The position numbers and the translations under genes were made by a program. Source: a virus (lineage: Duplodnaviria > Caudoviricetes). From it: DNA of 35,408 nucleotides. Where the stretch lies: IMG/VR virus record IMGVR_UViG_3300033233_000104, positions 1 through 35,408 of that record, one strand, 5' to 3'. Under the pieces are notes generated by a model. It had not been told where the DNA came from. It was given only the letters and a program-made list of their open reading frames with translations, and did not search any database. This document shows, piece after piece, positions 1 through 8,896 of this stretch (positions are counted from its first letter, which is position 1; each line of letters starts with the position of its first letter).

Positions 1-59
1 TAGAGGGTGTTAGTGACAACATTGAAGAAGGTCTTGGAAGTTCGGGGTTTGGGTATTAG
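1..59 (+). CDS. 3' end of an upstream virion gene (partial), possibly head-tail adaptor
   Basis: Frame from position 3 reads EGVSDNIEEGLGSSGFGY-TAG; position before the tail-tubular-B-like gene is the only basis for the function. Confidence 0.45.
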   Translation, partial: EGVSDNIEEGLGSSGFGY

Positions 60-63
60 AACT

Positions 64-174
64 ATGTTAAAAATATCAGGCAGTACAGCAAAATGTGATT
101 TATCTTTAGTTCTTAATAGAGAAGAGCAATGGGAGAGTTATTTTAAATTTAACTTAGAAACTAGATTATGTTAA
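64..174 (+). pseudogene. 36-codon relic ORF: duplicate of the next gene's N-terminus fused to a possible nuclease C-terminal remnant
   Basis: MLKISGSTAK... resembles MLTIKGASTSK of 168..2144; ends NREEQWESYFKFNLETRLC and overlaps the next ATG. Confidence 0.35.
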
Positions 175-2144
175 CTATAAAGGGAGCTTCCACTAGTAAG
201 AGTAGAGAGGTCGTCATACCAGTAATGGCCTTTAAAGGGGGCGTTAATAAGCTCTTATCTGAGAGTCGTATTGGTATGAATGAGGCTAAGGAAGCAATCA
301 ACCTTATACAGACTGAGGATGGGTTGTGGAAGACAAGACCTGGAACACGATACTATGGAACTGATTTTGGAGATGTAATTGATGGAGCTACTGAGTATCT
401 TAAAAGTGATGGTACTACTGAACTTATCGTAATCTCAGGAGGGAAGGCTTGGAAGTCTACAGATGGAGGAAGTAAAACTGAGATAACGGGAGCCACATTC
501 ACGCAGGATTTACAGTGTTATTTCATGCAAATAGCAGGATTCCTTTATATAGCTAATGGTACTGATCCACTCGCTAAATATAATGGTACTTCACTTTCTA
601 CTTATACTTCAGTTTCTACTCCAGGTACAGCTTCAGGAGTATGTGCAAGCGCACTCGCTTCAGGAAGTTACGTTATGTATGCTGAAGTCACCGCAGTAAA
701 CTCAGTAGGAGAAACTGTAGGCTCAACTGAAGCATCAGTTACCATGAAACGCCCAAGAGACCAATGGACAGCTTCAGACTCAATCGTATGGACATGGGGA
801 GCAAGCGCATCAGGTACTGTATCTGCTTACCAGGTCTATATCAGTGAAACGGCAGGGAATGAATCTCTTGTTGCAACATCAACTGCCCTTACGTGGACCG
901 ATGATGGCACTTCAACCATAAATCCCTACATAACGCCCCCTCTAAGTAACACTACTACGGCTCCTAAATTTAAGAGCATGGCTATGTCAGGAAATCGTAT
1001 GTGGGCAACCAATGATGTAAATAGTCCCTATACTGTTTACTTCTCAGGAAGTGGACTTGATATAGGTACATTCTCGGACTTCTTCGGGGGAGGTTGGATT
1101 AATCTTGAGAAGGGTGGACGTGAAACCCCTGTTGCAGTTAAACATTATCAGTCAGGTTCGGGAGATGGACGAGCTACCGTATTTTGTAAGACTCCTGAAG
1201 GACAAGGAGCTGTCTGGCAACTCACTATAGCCACAGCCACTGTCGGATCTGATTCGTTCTCAATTCCCTCAGCTACGAAGGTAGTAGGTTCAAATGGTAC
1301 GGATTCAATCCTTGGCACTGTATCGACCAACAACGACATCATGTTTCCTAATAAGCGTGGATGGAACTCCATAGGTCCTGAGAAGAATTACTACGGTATC
1401 CTACGAACGAACGAACTCTCATCACGCATTAGACCTTACTGGAGAAGTCTTCCAGGAACTGCTTTCTCAGGAATATGTGCTTACTTTAAGGACGCTAAAA
1501 TATATATCTCAGTTCCGACCTCTGGAACTACTAATAACCGAACAATCATCTATGACCTTGAACGTACCAACTGGACTGTTGACTGGACCATTGGTGCAAA
1601 ACAGTTTCTTGAATATACTGACTCAACTGGAGTCACTCATTTACTTTATGTTCCTTATACGGGAAATAAGGTTATTGAGATTGGGGACAATATACAAGGA
1701 GATTTGGGAGCAGCCTTCACCACCTCCTATTATTCAGGAAGATGGCCTGTTGCTAAATTTTTCAAGGATTTTACTAAAGTTAATAAGGTTCACGTTAAAC
1801 TTAATGCACCAAGTGGGAATATTGAGTTTGAGGTACTCGGAACCGAAAAAGGTAAGAGCTTTCGTTCTCTTGTAGCAAAGACTATGGACTTTGGATCTTC
1901 TTCTTCAAATACTGGACTTGGCTTTGATCAATTAGGAGCAGTTCAATTAGGAGATACAGATGGAGTTCCTTCGTTCTTTGCAGACTCATCAGTACAGAAA
2001 TATGTCAAGGTGCGTAAAAAACTCCGTGATATACAATTCAGACTTTCTACCTCAAGTTATGATTCGGCATTTACCTTGCTAGGATTACTGGTAGAAGGTA
2101 ACACATTAAAAATTAATCCTCCGACAAGTGAGCGATTATCATAA
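168..2144 (+). CDS. Virion tail protein, packaged-DNA stabilisation (P22 gp10)/tail tubular protein B-like
   Basis: 658 aa, beta-rich; N-terminal FKGG...N...G.WKTRPG pattern typical of this class; tail-module context. Confidence 0.7.
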   Translation: MLTIKGASTSKSREVVIPVMAFKGGVNKLLSESRIGMNEAKEAINLIQTEDGLWKTRPGTRYYGTDFGDVIDGATEYLKSDGTTELIVISGGKAWKSTDGGSKTEITGATFTQDLQCYFMQIAGFLYIANGTDPLAKYNGTSLSTYTSVSTPGTASGVCASALASGSYVMYAEVTAVNSVGETVGSTEASVTMKRPRDQWTASDSIVWTWGASASGTVSAYQVYISETAGNESLVATSTALTWTDDGTSTINPYITPPLSNTTTAPKFKSMAMSGNRMWATNDVNSPYTVYFSGSGLDIGTFSDFFGGGWINLEKGGRETPVAVKHYQSGSGDGRATVFCKTPEGQGAVWQLTIATATVGSDSFSIPSATKVVGSNGTDSILGTVSTNNDIMFPNKRGWNSIGPEKNYYGILRTNELSSRIRPYWRSLPGTAFSGICAYFKDAKIYISVPTSGTTNNRTIIYDLERTNWTVDWTIGAKQFLEYTDSTGVTHLLYVPYTGNKVIEIGDNIQGDLGAAFTTSYYSGRWPVAKFFKDFTKVNKVHVKLNAPSGNIEFEVLGTEKGKSFRSLVAKTMDFGSSSSNTGLGFDQLGAVQLGDTDGVPSFFADSSVQKYVKVRKKLRDIQFRLSTSSYDSAFTLLGLLVEGNTLKINPPTSERLS

Positions 2145-2150
2145 ATAAAT

Positions 2151-2828
2151 ATGACAAATTATTTTCCCAAAAGTAAGAGTCTGTTTTCTACAACCGTTAC
2201 AACCAATATTGGAGCTAGTGGTACTGGGGATACAATAACCCTTGCGTCAGTTACGGGACTCCCAACTGATGCTGAAATCACATTAACATTTGAGAGACTA
2301 GCGACAGATGGAGTTACCCTCACTCCGACCAAGATGGAGAGAATCAGAGGAACGATAAGCGGAAGTAACCTCACTTCCTATACAAGAGCAGTTGAAGGAA
2401 CTGAACAAGCTCATGTTTCAGGTTCTATTGTTGAGTTTATTCCTAATGGAACAGATTGGAACAATGTAGTTGCGGGAATACTCGTTGAACATAATCAGAC
2501 TGGTACTCATAAAGCAACAGATTGGGTATCAGCATCAGATGGCGCAACGGTAACATTTGCTTTAGCTAGTGGTAAAAAACAAAAAGTAACTTTAGGAGGA
2601 AATAGAACACTTGCTCTCTCAGGAGTTATAGCAGGAGACGCATTCATTATTAAACTGATTCAGGATGGCACGGGTAGTAGAACAGTCACATGGTTTGCAG
2701 GAATTTCATGGGCAGATGACACAGTTCCAACCCTTACAACAACCGCAGCTAATTGGGATGTGTTCGGATTCATTCAGACAGGGACCAATACTTACGATGG
2801 GTTTATTTTGGGCCAGGGACTCAACTAA
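2151..2828 (+). CDS. Virion structural/tail-associated protein
   Basis: Thr/Gly-rich; RAVEGT...AH.SGS.V motif and C-terminal LIQDGTGSRTVTW...W....P.L domain common in phage tail proteins. Confidence 0.65.
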   Translation: MTNYFPKSKSLFSTTVTTNIGASGTGDTITLASVTGLPTDAEITLTFERLATDGVTLTPTKMERIRGTISGSNLTSYTRAVEGTEQAHVSGSIVEFIPNGTDWNNVVAGILVEHNQTGTHKATDWVSASDGATVTFALASGKKQKVTLGGNRTLALSGVIAGDAFIIKLIQDGTGSRTVTWFAGISWADDTVPTLTTTAANWDVFGFIQTGTNTYDGFILGQGLN

Positions 2829-2829
2829 T

Positions 2830-3003
2830 ATGAAGACAATATATATTTGCCAAGGATATGAGAAGAAGTTAGAGGATGGACGTCTTGATGACGTAGTTAC
2901 TTATGAAATCTATGCAAAAACAGATAAAGAAGCTATTGCTAAAGCTCAAAAATATTGTAAGAAATTATTTTACCGAGTTTCTCAAATTATAGAAAAGGAC
3001 TAA
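2830..3003 (+). CDS. Small hypothetical protein (57 aa; start reassigned from 2665 to ATG 2830)
   Basis: MKTIYICQGY... fits exactly between flanking genes with 1-nt gaps. Confidence 0.6.
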   Translation: MKTIYICQGYEKKLEDGRLDDVVTYEIYAKTDKEAIAKAQKYCKKLFYRVSQIIEKD

Positions 3004-3004
3004 T

Positions 3005-4261
3005 ATGGCCTCAATACCCGCTAATGTGATAATGGTCTGGACAGGAGCTCACGCATCTATCCCTAGTGGGTGGGCTAGAGAGACTACACTGGACGATAAG
3101 TTTGCTAAAGGCTGGGGAGCTGAAGCGGTGAACACTACAGGTGGTGCTACAACTCATACTCATACCTCACCAACACATACACATAATCTTGCAGCTCATA
3201 CTCATACCTATCAAACAAGTGCAGCCGATACAGGTACTATAAATGGACACAGCGGTGGTTCTGGTGTTGTAAGAGGTACTCATTATCATACGGGAACAAC
3301 TGGAACTCTTGCATCAACTTATGCAACTGGAACTACTGCAGGGACATATGGTTCAGTTTCAAATGACCCCCCATATCGTAAAGTAATATTTATAAAGGCT
3401 AGTGCGGGAGCTTCACTTGCGACCAATATAGTAGCTTTATGGGGCGCATCAGATACTGCACCAACTAACTGGAGCAAAGTAACCGAACTTGCAGGACGAT
3501 ATCTTAAAGGAGCTTCAACTGGAGCGGATGCAGATTTAGCAACAGATAATGGTTCCTCAACAAATATACATGATTTTACTCATACTCATACAGCTCCAGG
3601 CGCACATGGTCATTCAAATTCAACATCTTCTACGGCTACAACCAGTGCAGGATGGGCTCAAGAAACTTCAGGGGCTGATCGTGTTCCAGACCATACACAT
3701 ACTGTTGCAATAAATACCGCAACAACAGACATTAACCAATATGCCTCAACCCTTACAACTGCCGAAACAGTAGAACCACTATATCGTAGACTTCATGCCA
3801 TTAAAAAAGGTGCATCAGGAGTAAAGGTTTCTGGAATTATAGGAATGTGGCTTGGAGCAGTAGGATCAATTCCTGCAGGATGGAGTCTTTATACTGCAAT
3901 GCAGGACAATCATCTTAAAATAGGAGACCCAACAACTTCCGCAACAGGAGGATCAAATACTCATACTCATGCAGCGCAGGGTCATGTTCACACAGGAACA
4001 GCACATACACATACTCATTCTTCTATTTCAACTCATACAGGAGATAGACAACCAACAGGAGGTACTGATTTATCTGATTTATTATCAACGGGTAAAGAGC
4101 ATACAGGAAATACAGTGGCTAATGCAAATACAACCTATGCCTCAACAGATACTACAGCAGATTCTTCCTCAAACGAACCCGCTTATAGAACAGTAGCCTT
4201 TATCAGATTTGATAAGGAAGTTAACGGTGGAGCAATGTTATTATTTTCACTTATAAACTAA
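3005..4261 (+). CDS. Tail fibre/baseplate protein with three tandem tail-collar-like modules and His-x-His repeats
   Basis: Three copies of I..W.G....P..W ... GG..TH.H ... P.YR....I; numerous HTH/HxH motifs. Confidence 0.7.
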   Translation: MASIPANVIMVWTGAHASIPSGWARETTLDDKFAKGWGAEAVNTTGGATTHTHTSPTHTHNLAAHTHTYQTSAADTGTINGHSGGSGVVRGTHYHTGTTGTLASTYATGTTAGTYGSVSNDPPYRKVIFIKASAGASLATNIVALWGASDTAPTNWSKVTELAGRYLKGASTGADADLATDNGSSTNIHDFTHTHTAPGAHGHSNSTSSTATTSAGWAQETSGADRVPDHTHTVAINTATTDINQYASTLTTAETVEPLYRRLHAIKKGASGVKVSGIIGMWLGAVGSIPAGWSLYTAMQDNHLKIGDPTTSATGGSNTHTHAAQGHVHTGTAHTHTHSSISTHTGDRQPTGGTDLSDLLSTGKEHTGNTVANANTTYASTDTTADSSSNEPAYRTVAFIRFDKEVNGGAMLLFSLIN

Positions 4262-4262
4262 T

Positions 4263-5114
4263 ATGACCCGTGACTTTACATCATTACCATACTCAGAATA
4301 CACAACCTATGCTTATGATGACAATAGAAGCCCTATAGATCGGGTAGTAATCCATTCAACTGTATGTACCTTGCAACAGGCTATAAATACCTTCTCCAGC
4401 CCTAACGCCACAACCAGCGCACACTATATTATAGGTAATGACGGAAAGCTCTATGCAGGACTTGAAGAATATGAAAATGCCTATCACTCTGGAAACTATT
4501 TAATGAATGAGCGTAGTATAGGTATTGAGCATGAGTGGTACTCAGGAATACACCCATCAGATGCGCTTTACAAGAAGTCAGCAGCCCTTGTTAAAGATAT
4601 ATGTACCTTCTATGGACTCCCTATAAACTCAACCACAGTCATTCCTCATAAGTCAGTAGTTCCAACAGGTTGTCCGAATGAGATAGATGTGAACAGGATT
4701 ATAAGTGAAGCTAATGGAGCTCCTTCACCCGTTGATGAGTGTCCTGCCAAGCTCCTCTCCATAACCGCAGAGCGTGATAGGCTTAATGGAGTAATCACTC
4801 ATAAAGATGAGTTGCTAAAATCGTTGCAGGACTCAATTGGAGCCAAGAACTCACAAATCTCAGGGCTTGAAAATGAAAGGAAGCAATTATCAGATGCTTT
4901 AGGGCTCTGCCAAAACAGTAGTGCTTCCTATTTGGAAATAGCTAAAAAGGTTCCCGCTATGGAAAATCTCATTAAAGAGCAGGAAAGCGCATTGTTGAGC
5001 CTCAGGGAAGAACGGACTAAATTACAGAAAACTATTACGAGCATCAGAGCAAGCCTTATACCCAAGAAATACCTATCACTCAAGTTATATAACTTTATAA
5101 TGAGTTTAGAATGA
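4263..5114 (+). CDS. Endolysin, N-acetylmuramoyl-L-alanine amidase (Amidase_2) with C-terminal coiled coil
   Basis: VVIHST, SAHYII, AYHSG, NERSIGIE, PH...TGCP zinc-amidase motifs; heptad-like C-terminal half. Confidence 0.9.
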   Translation: MTRDFTSLPYSEYTTYAYDDNRSPIDRVVIHSTVCTLQQAINTFSSPNATTSAHYIIGNDGKLYAGLEEYENAYHSGNYLMNERSIGIEHEWYSGIHPSDALYKKSAALVKDICTFYGLPINSTTVIPHKSVVPTGCPNEIDVNRIISEANGAPSPVDECPAKLLSITAERDRLNGVITHKDELLKSLQDSIGAKNSQISGLENERKQLSDALGLCQNSSASYLEIAKKVPAMENLIKEQESALLSLREERTKLQKTITSIRASLIPKKYLSLKLYNFIMSLE

Positions 5115-5365
5115 CAAAAGAAAAGAGTGAAGCCATTACATGGATGACTTTCAATAATATCATTCCCCTTATCTCATCGGCTGTTATGATAACGGTTTCA
5201 TTCATGATATTGACCAGTAAAGTTGACCTACTTACTCAAAGGGTAGACCAATTACTTCAAAATCAGGAAACAATACTTAAAAAGTATTCCTCAGTTGAGG
5301 ATAGATATGGAACATTAAGCTTGAAGATACAGGCAATAGAAACAACATTATTAATTAAAAAATAA
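5111..5365 (+). CDS. Membrane-anchored coiled-coil protein, putative holin/lysis accessory
   Basis: One N-terminal hydrophobic helix then coiled coil; ATGA-coupled to the endolysin. Confidence 0.55.
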   Translation: MTKEKSEAITWMTFNNIIPLISSAVMITVSFMILTSKVDLLTQRVDQLLQNQETILKKYSSVEDRYGTLSLKIQAIETTLLIKK

Positions 5366-5366
5366 T

Positions 5367-5582
5367 ATGGAACAATCTAAAAGGTTTAGTTTGTCAAAGG
5401 CGGATTTGGTTGGTTTCACTCAGAGGACATTACAAACCCTTGCGCCTTACGTGATTGCGCTCATTCCCGTAGTTATAACTAATATACCCCCAACATGGAA
5501 ATATGCAGTCGTAACAGTCTGGATATTAAACAGGGTTTGGGATTTGTTAAGAAGATTTGTAAAAGGGCCGACACAACCTTGA
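5367..5582 (+). CDS. Putative holin
   Basis: 71 aa, two hydrophobic segments, basic C-terminus, next to endolysin. Confidence 0.6.
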   Translation: MEQSKRFSLSKADLVGFTQRTLQTLAPYVIALIPVVITNIPPTWKYAVVTVWILNRVWDLLRRFVKGPTQP

Positions 5583-5824
5583 AGGAATATGTTAGAGAAG
5601 TAAAAGGAGCTAAACGCCTGGGACTTCCTGTTATTAGTTATAAGAAATGGAAAACTAAGTAGATTTCCTGCATTTTTCTTCATGTTCTTTTTTTGTAGAG
5701 CAAAAAGGACATTTATACATACCCTGATATACATAATCAGTTTTATCCACGAAGTATGGTGCGTATTTTTTTTCCTCAGCCTCAGTCATTTTACGCCATG
5801 GTATTCCACGGGGAGTATCAATCA

Positions 5825-6097
5825 TTATAATATGGTTTTAAAATAACATTTCTGACACATTTTAATCCATTCTCCATTGTGTTTACCATCTGTTAATCTA
5901 TCTTTCTTTTTACATACAGGACATATTCTGTGGGGAAAATTTGTTGTTGCATGATTTTGTTCTTGTTTTCGTCTTGCTGGAACTTTGTTTAATCTACGGA
6001 GTAATATAAATTCTCTGTTTTTAAGAAATTGTTTTAATGCAAATGGAGAAGCAAATTCATCAGTTCCTGTCCATTTTGGTACTTTCATATATTTCAA
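5825..6097 (-). CDS. Hypothetical protein with C-terminal CxxC...CxxC zinc finger
   Basis: CPVC and CQKC motifs. Confidence 0.6.
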   Translation of the reverse strand: MKYMKVPKWTGTDEFASPFALKQFLKNREFILLRRLNKVPARRKQEQNHATTNFPHRICPVCKKKDRLTDGKHNGEWIKMCQKCYFKTIL

Positions 6098-6431
6098 TAA
6101 CAGTATAATCCTTCTTTGATTTAACTACTCGTGTGGTTACTTCGGTTACATATTTAGGACTATCATCTTTAATTGTTCCTACAAGTTTAAGTCCATCAAT
6201 TATTCCTTTACAGCTTACATTATCACAATCAATTTCCCTTTTCAGATACGCTGTTACTATTATATTTACTGGTTCTGTAAATTTATGCTTCCAGTCTTTT
6301 TCATGTTTCATTAACGTTTCTATGATGGTTTCGTGTGCATAATTCATCATCTCAGCACGCTTAGTCCAATGACCACGACCAGCAATTTGGTTCCATGATG
6401 GACATTTGTAATATTCAAGTATTATTTTCAT
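6060..6431 (-). CDS. rusA: RusA-like Holliday junction resolvase
   Basis: PSWN, REIDCDN..K.IIDGL...G.IKDD catalytic aspartate pattern. Confidence 0.85.
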   Translation of the reverse strand: MKIILEYYKCPSWNQIAGRGHWTKRAEMMNYAHETIIETLMKHEKDWKHKFTEPVNIIVTAYLKREIDCDNVSCKGIIDGLKLVGTIKDDSPKYVTEVTTRVVKSKKDYTVIEIYESTKMDRN

Positions 6432-6831
6432 TTCCTCTTAGTTTTTGAAATATTTCTTCTGTTAACTTTGCGTCCTTTTCTATTTCGCTGTGGCACTGGT
6501 TGCATGACATTATTGTTTGATTGTGTCTTGCCAATAGATGTTCCTGTCCGTAGTACCATCTTCTTTTGTGACGATGTGCGAAGCCTCGAAATATGTGCCA
6601 ACAGTTTTTTCTTCTTATTTCGCAGTGAGGATGAAACATTAGATATACTGCCTTTAACTTTTTGTTTGCTTGTATGTTTATCTTTCCTCTCTTGCCTACT
6701 CTTCTGATGCCTTTTCTTACCCCTACGAGCCTTTTCTTGAGGTTTTTCCGTTCCAGTTGACGCTTGATAGCTCTTTGACGAGAATTGTGTACTTTTTCCT
6801 GTATGGTTAATTTCATTCCCATCTTTGTCAT
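6415..6831 (-). CDS. HNH-like/NinG-like zinc nuclease
   Basis: CE....C, AHRHKR, CNQCH motifs; adjacent to RusA; true start may be the internal MKLTIQ. Confidence 0.6.
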   Translation of the reverse strand: MTKMGMKLTIQEKVHNSRQRAIKRQLERKNLKKRLVGVRKGIRRVGKRGKINIQANKKLKAVYLMFHPHCEIRRKNCWHIFRGFAHRHKRRWYYGQEHLLARHNQTIMSCNQCHSEIEKDAKLTEEIFQKLRGNENNT

Positions 6832-7031
6832 AGAATTTTATTGAATAAATAATAGGTTTAAAAGATTTAAGAAATGCACCTGTGAATATGGTTTTCATTT
6901 TAATAAGGTAACGAGTCCCCAAATTATAATACTCCATAAAAATAAAGAGAATACATACTTCATAAAGGTATGCCACAACCAAAAGTTGAAGTAGTGGAGG
7001 TAGAGATAGGTAAAGTCTAAAGGCGTATAGT

Positions 7032-7196
7032 TCATATTTTCTCCTCTCTCGTCTGTGTGGGTTTACAGTGTTCACAAGACCTAATCGTAAAAGCACTTGT
7101 ATGTAAAAACCGCTTTCCACCTTCATGCAGTTTACAGTGACAATGACAATCACATTGTTCTTTAGTCTGTGGGGGTTTCTTTCCTTTAGATGTCAT
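7032..7196 (-). CDS. Small Cys/His-rich hypothetical protein (not in ORF track)
   Basis: Manual translation MTSKGKKPPQTKEQCDCHCHCK...SCEHCKP...; ATGA overlaps at both ends. Confidence 0.5.
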   Translation of the reverse strand: MTSKGKKPPQTKEQCDCHCHCKLHEGGKRFLHTSAFTIRSCEHCKPTQTREEKI

Positions 7197-7384
7197 AGGG
7201 ATTTGGATAATTTATAAGAAACTTTACTCTTTCTTCCACTTTTAATCTCAATCCAATCATCCATTGTTATTACTAAACTATCTGATAATAGTGGAGCATT
7301 ATTATGTGCCTTAACAAAAATACTTTTGCTTTCTATTTCTGAAATTAGTTTACTTTTTTCTGTAGATGTCTTTTTGTTTTTCAT
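7193..7384 (-). CDS. Hypothetical protein
   Basis: 63-aa ORF with GGAG before the ATG, in the tightly packed minus-strand operon. Confidence 0.55.
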   Translation of the reverse strand: MKNKKTSTEKSKLISEIESKSIFVKAHNNAPLLSDSLVITMDDWIEIKSGRKSKVSYKLSKSL

Positions 7385-7487
7385 CTCCGCATTTTAAGCA
7401 AACTTTTAACTCACAATACTCACAATCACAATGGTCTTCCCATTTATGTCTATGTTTTTTTTCCTCTCTTTCAGGTAATTTAGTCAT
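7350..7487 (-). CDS. Small zinc-finger protein (not in ORF track)
   Basis: Manual translation MTKLPEREKKHRHKWEDHCDCEYCELKVCLKCG... Confidence 0.5.
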   Translation of the reverse strand: MTKLPEREEKKHRHKWEDHCDCEYCELKVCLKCGDEKQKDIYRKK

Positions 7488-7489
7488 AA

Positions 7490-7765
7490 TTATTTATCAA
7501 TGTTTATGTAACCGCCTCCATCTTTCCAGTCTGTTTCAGTTCCTGAAAAGTATATTTTCCCCATAGGTTTACTTTTAATATAGATATGTTTCGCTGATTT
7601 ATCGTGCTTTTTGAGCCATAGATACGCTTTCTTCATTCCAACCGCCTCAATCAGTTTTACAATAAGGTCTATCTTTTCAGGTTTAACAGGGGGGGTCCCA
7701 AGACAAAATCGTACTGGTACTCCTTTTGGGCATCTACATCCTTTTAGGTTGTGTGTTGTTTTCAT
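7490..7765 (-). CDS. Hypothetical protein
   Basis: 91-aa ORF preceded by AAGGAG. Confidence 0.6.
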   Translation of the reverse strand: MKTTHNLKGCRCPKGVPVRFCLGTPPVKPEKIDLIVKLIEAVGMKKAYLWLKKHDKSAKHIYIKSKPMGKIYFSGTETDWKDGGGYINIDK

Positions 7766-7789
7766 TTCATCTCCTTAATGGTTTCTAAT

Positions 7790-7939
7790 TTATTTGTAAT
7801 AATTAAATCCTTCTGCGCCTAAATAATCCATTAGTTTACCCATTTCAGCTTTATTTCTTGGCTTTACCTTTACCATTCCATATTTACCATTTATTTCTTT
7901 GAGAACTGATTTAAGGGTTTTCTTATTTTGTTTATTCAT
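7790..7939 (-). CDS. Hypothetical protein (likely start MNKQNKK at 7939)
   Basis: ATGA overlap with the stop of 7936..8133. Confidence 0.5.
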   Translation of the reverse strand: MNKQNKKTLKSVLKEINGKYGMVKVKPRNKAEMGKLMDYLGAEGFNYYK

Positions 7940-8133
7940 ATAATCAATTTCCAATTCTGATAAAAGGTTTCCCAACTTGAATAAGGGCATTTTATTGGGC
8001 TTATTATTTGTACCGTTACTCCTGACAACCACCTCATAAACCAATCTATATGTTGGAGTTTTAGATTATATACTTTTCCCGTAACAAGGTCGGGGAAAAT
8101 CCTATCTGGTTTACCTAAAAACTTGTATTTCAT
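7936..8133 (-). CDS. Hypothetical protein
   Basis: 65 aa, GAGGT upstream, ATGA-coupled. Confidence 0.6.
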   Translation of the reverse strand: MKYKFLGKPDRIFPDLVTGKVYNLKLQHIDWFMRWLSGVTVQIISPIKCPYSSWETFYQNWKLII

Positions 8134-8723
8134 ACCTCTACTTCTTTAACTTTTAACACTTCTGCAAGGCGGGAGCGTTGTTGTTTTACACACTCATTCC
8201 AACCATTTATTTTATCTATATTATTACTGTTGAAAGCGAAAATTACATAATCAAGCCCTCTATCTATCCCCTTTTTAGTAAATGAAATATATCTTTTAAT
8301 TTCTTTTATTGCATTCTCTGGTAATCCAAAACTTCTTGCCTCTTTTACTTCAAGTTCTTCATTCAATCTTGAATATTTACCAAGTACCCATGCTGAATTA
8401 AAATAATAATTTTCTGCCATTTTAATTGCTTCACTATTTATTTCTGAATCTGTATAAACATCCTTACTTACATAAAAGATTTTGAAATCTGTATTTATCT
8501 TTTGTTCCTTTGGTATTATCTCCCCAAAACTCTCTACCAATTTAGTGGCGAGGGAACGAATGGCTTTATGAAGTTCTTTTCTTATTTCAGAACCTTCTTT
8601 TACCCACATATTCATATCTTCTATTACTGGGTCTTCTGCTGTAAAAATCCAATTATCAGGAAAAAGCTCTTTTGTGATTTTCTCCATCTCCCTCTGGAGG
8701 AGTGTGGTGGGGGGGTTGCTCAT
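8130..8723 (-). CDS. Hypothetical protein
   Basis: 197-aa ORF, ATGA-coupled on both sides. Confidence 0.65.
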   Translation of the reverse strand: MSNPPTTLLQREMEKITKELFPDNWIFTAEDPVIEDMNMWVKEGSEIRKELHKAIRSLATKLVESFGEIIPKEQKINTDFKIFYVSKDVYTDSEINSEAIKMAENYYFNSAWVLGKYSRLNEELEVKEARSFGLPENAIKEIKRYISFTKKGIDRGLDYVIFAFNSNNIDKINGWNECVKQQRSRLAEVLKVKEVEV

Positions 8724-8893
8724 AGGGATTTTACATGTGGATTTTTAATTGTTTTATTAAAGCTATAAAAGTGCATAAATACTATCTCTAAACAATAAAC
8801 ACAATAAAAAGATTCATTTGTCCCAGTATCATTATTAGCTTTTACGAAAGCTCTATATTCATGCTTACACTTTTTCCCCTTGTTGGTTTTCAT
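8720..8893 (-). CDS. Small zinc-binding hypothetical protein (not in ORF track)
   Basis: Manual translation MKTNKGKKCKHEY...FYCVYC...; fills the gap exactly. Confidence 0.5.
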   Translation of the reverse strand: MKTNKGKKCKHEYRAFVKANNDTGTNESFYCVYCLEIVFMHFYSFNKTIKNPHVKSL

Positions 8894-8896
8894 AGA

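Noticed and set aside
5579-5662. 27-codon TTG-start ORF after the holin (LKEYVREVKG...)
   Set aside because: Too short to support without homologues
6899-7153. N-terminal part of the 241-aa ORF 6428..7153
   Set aside because: Region is better explained by two small ATGA-coupled genes in other frames
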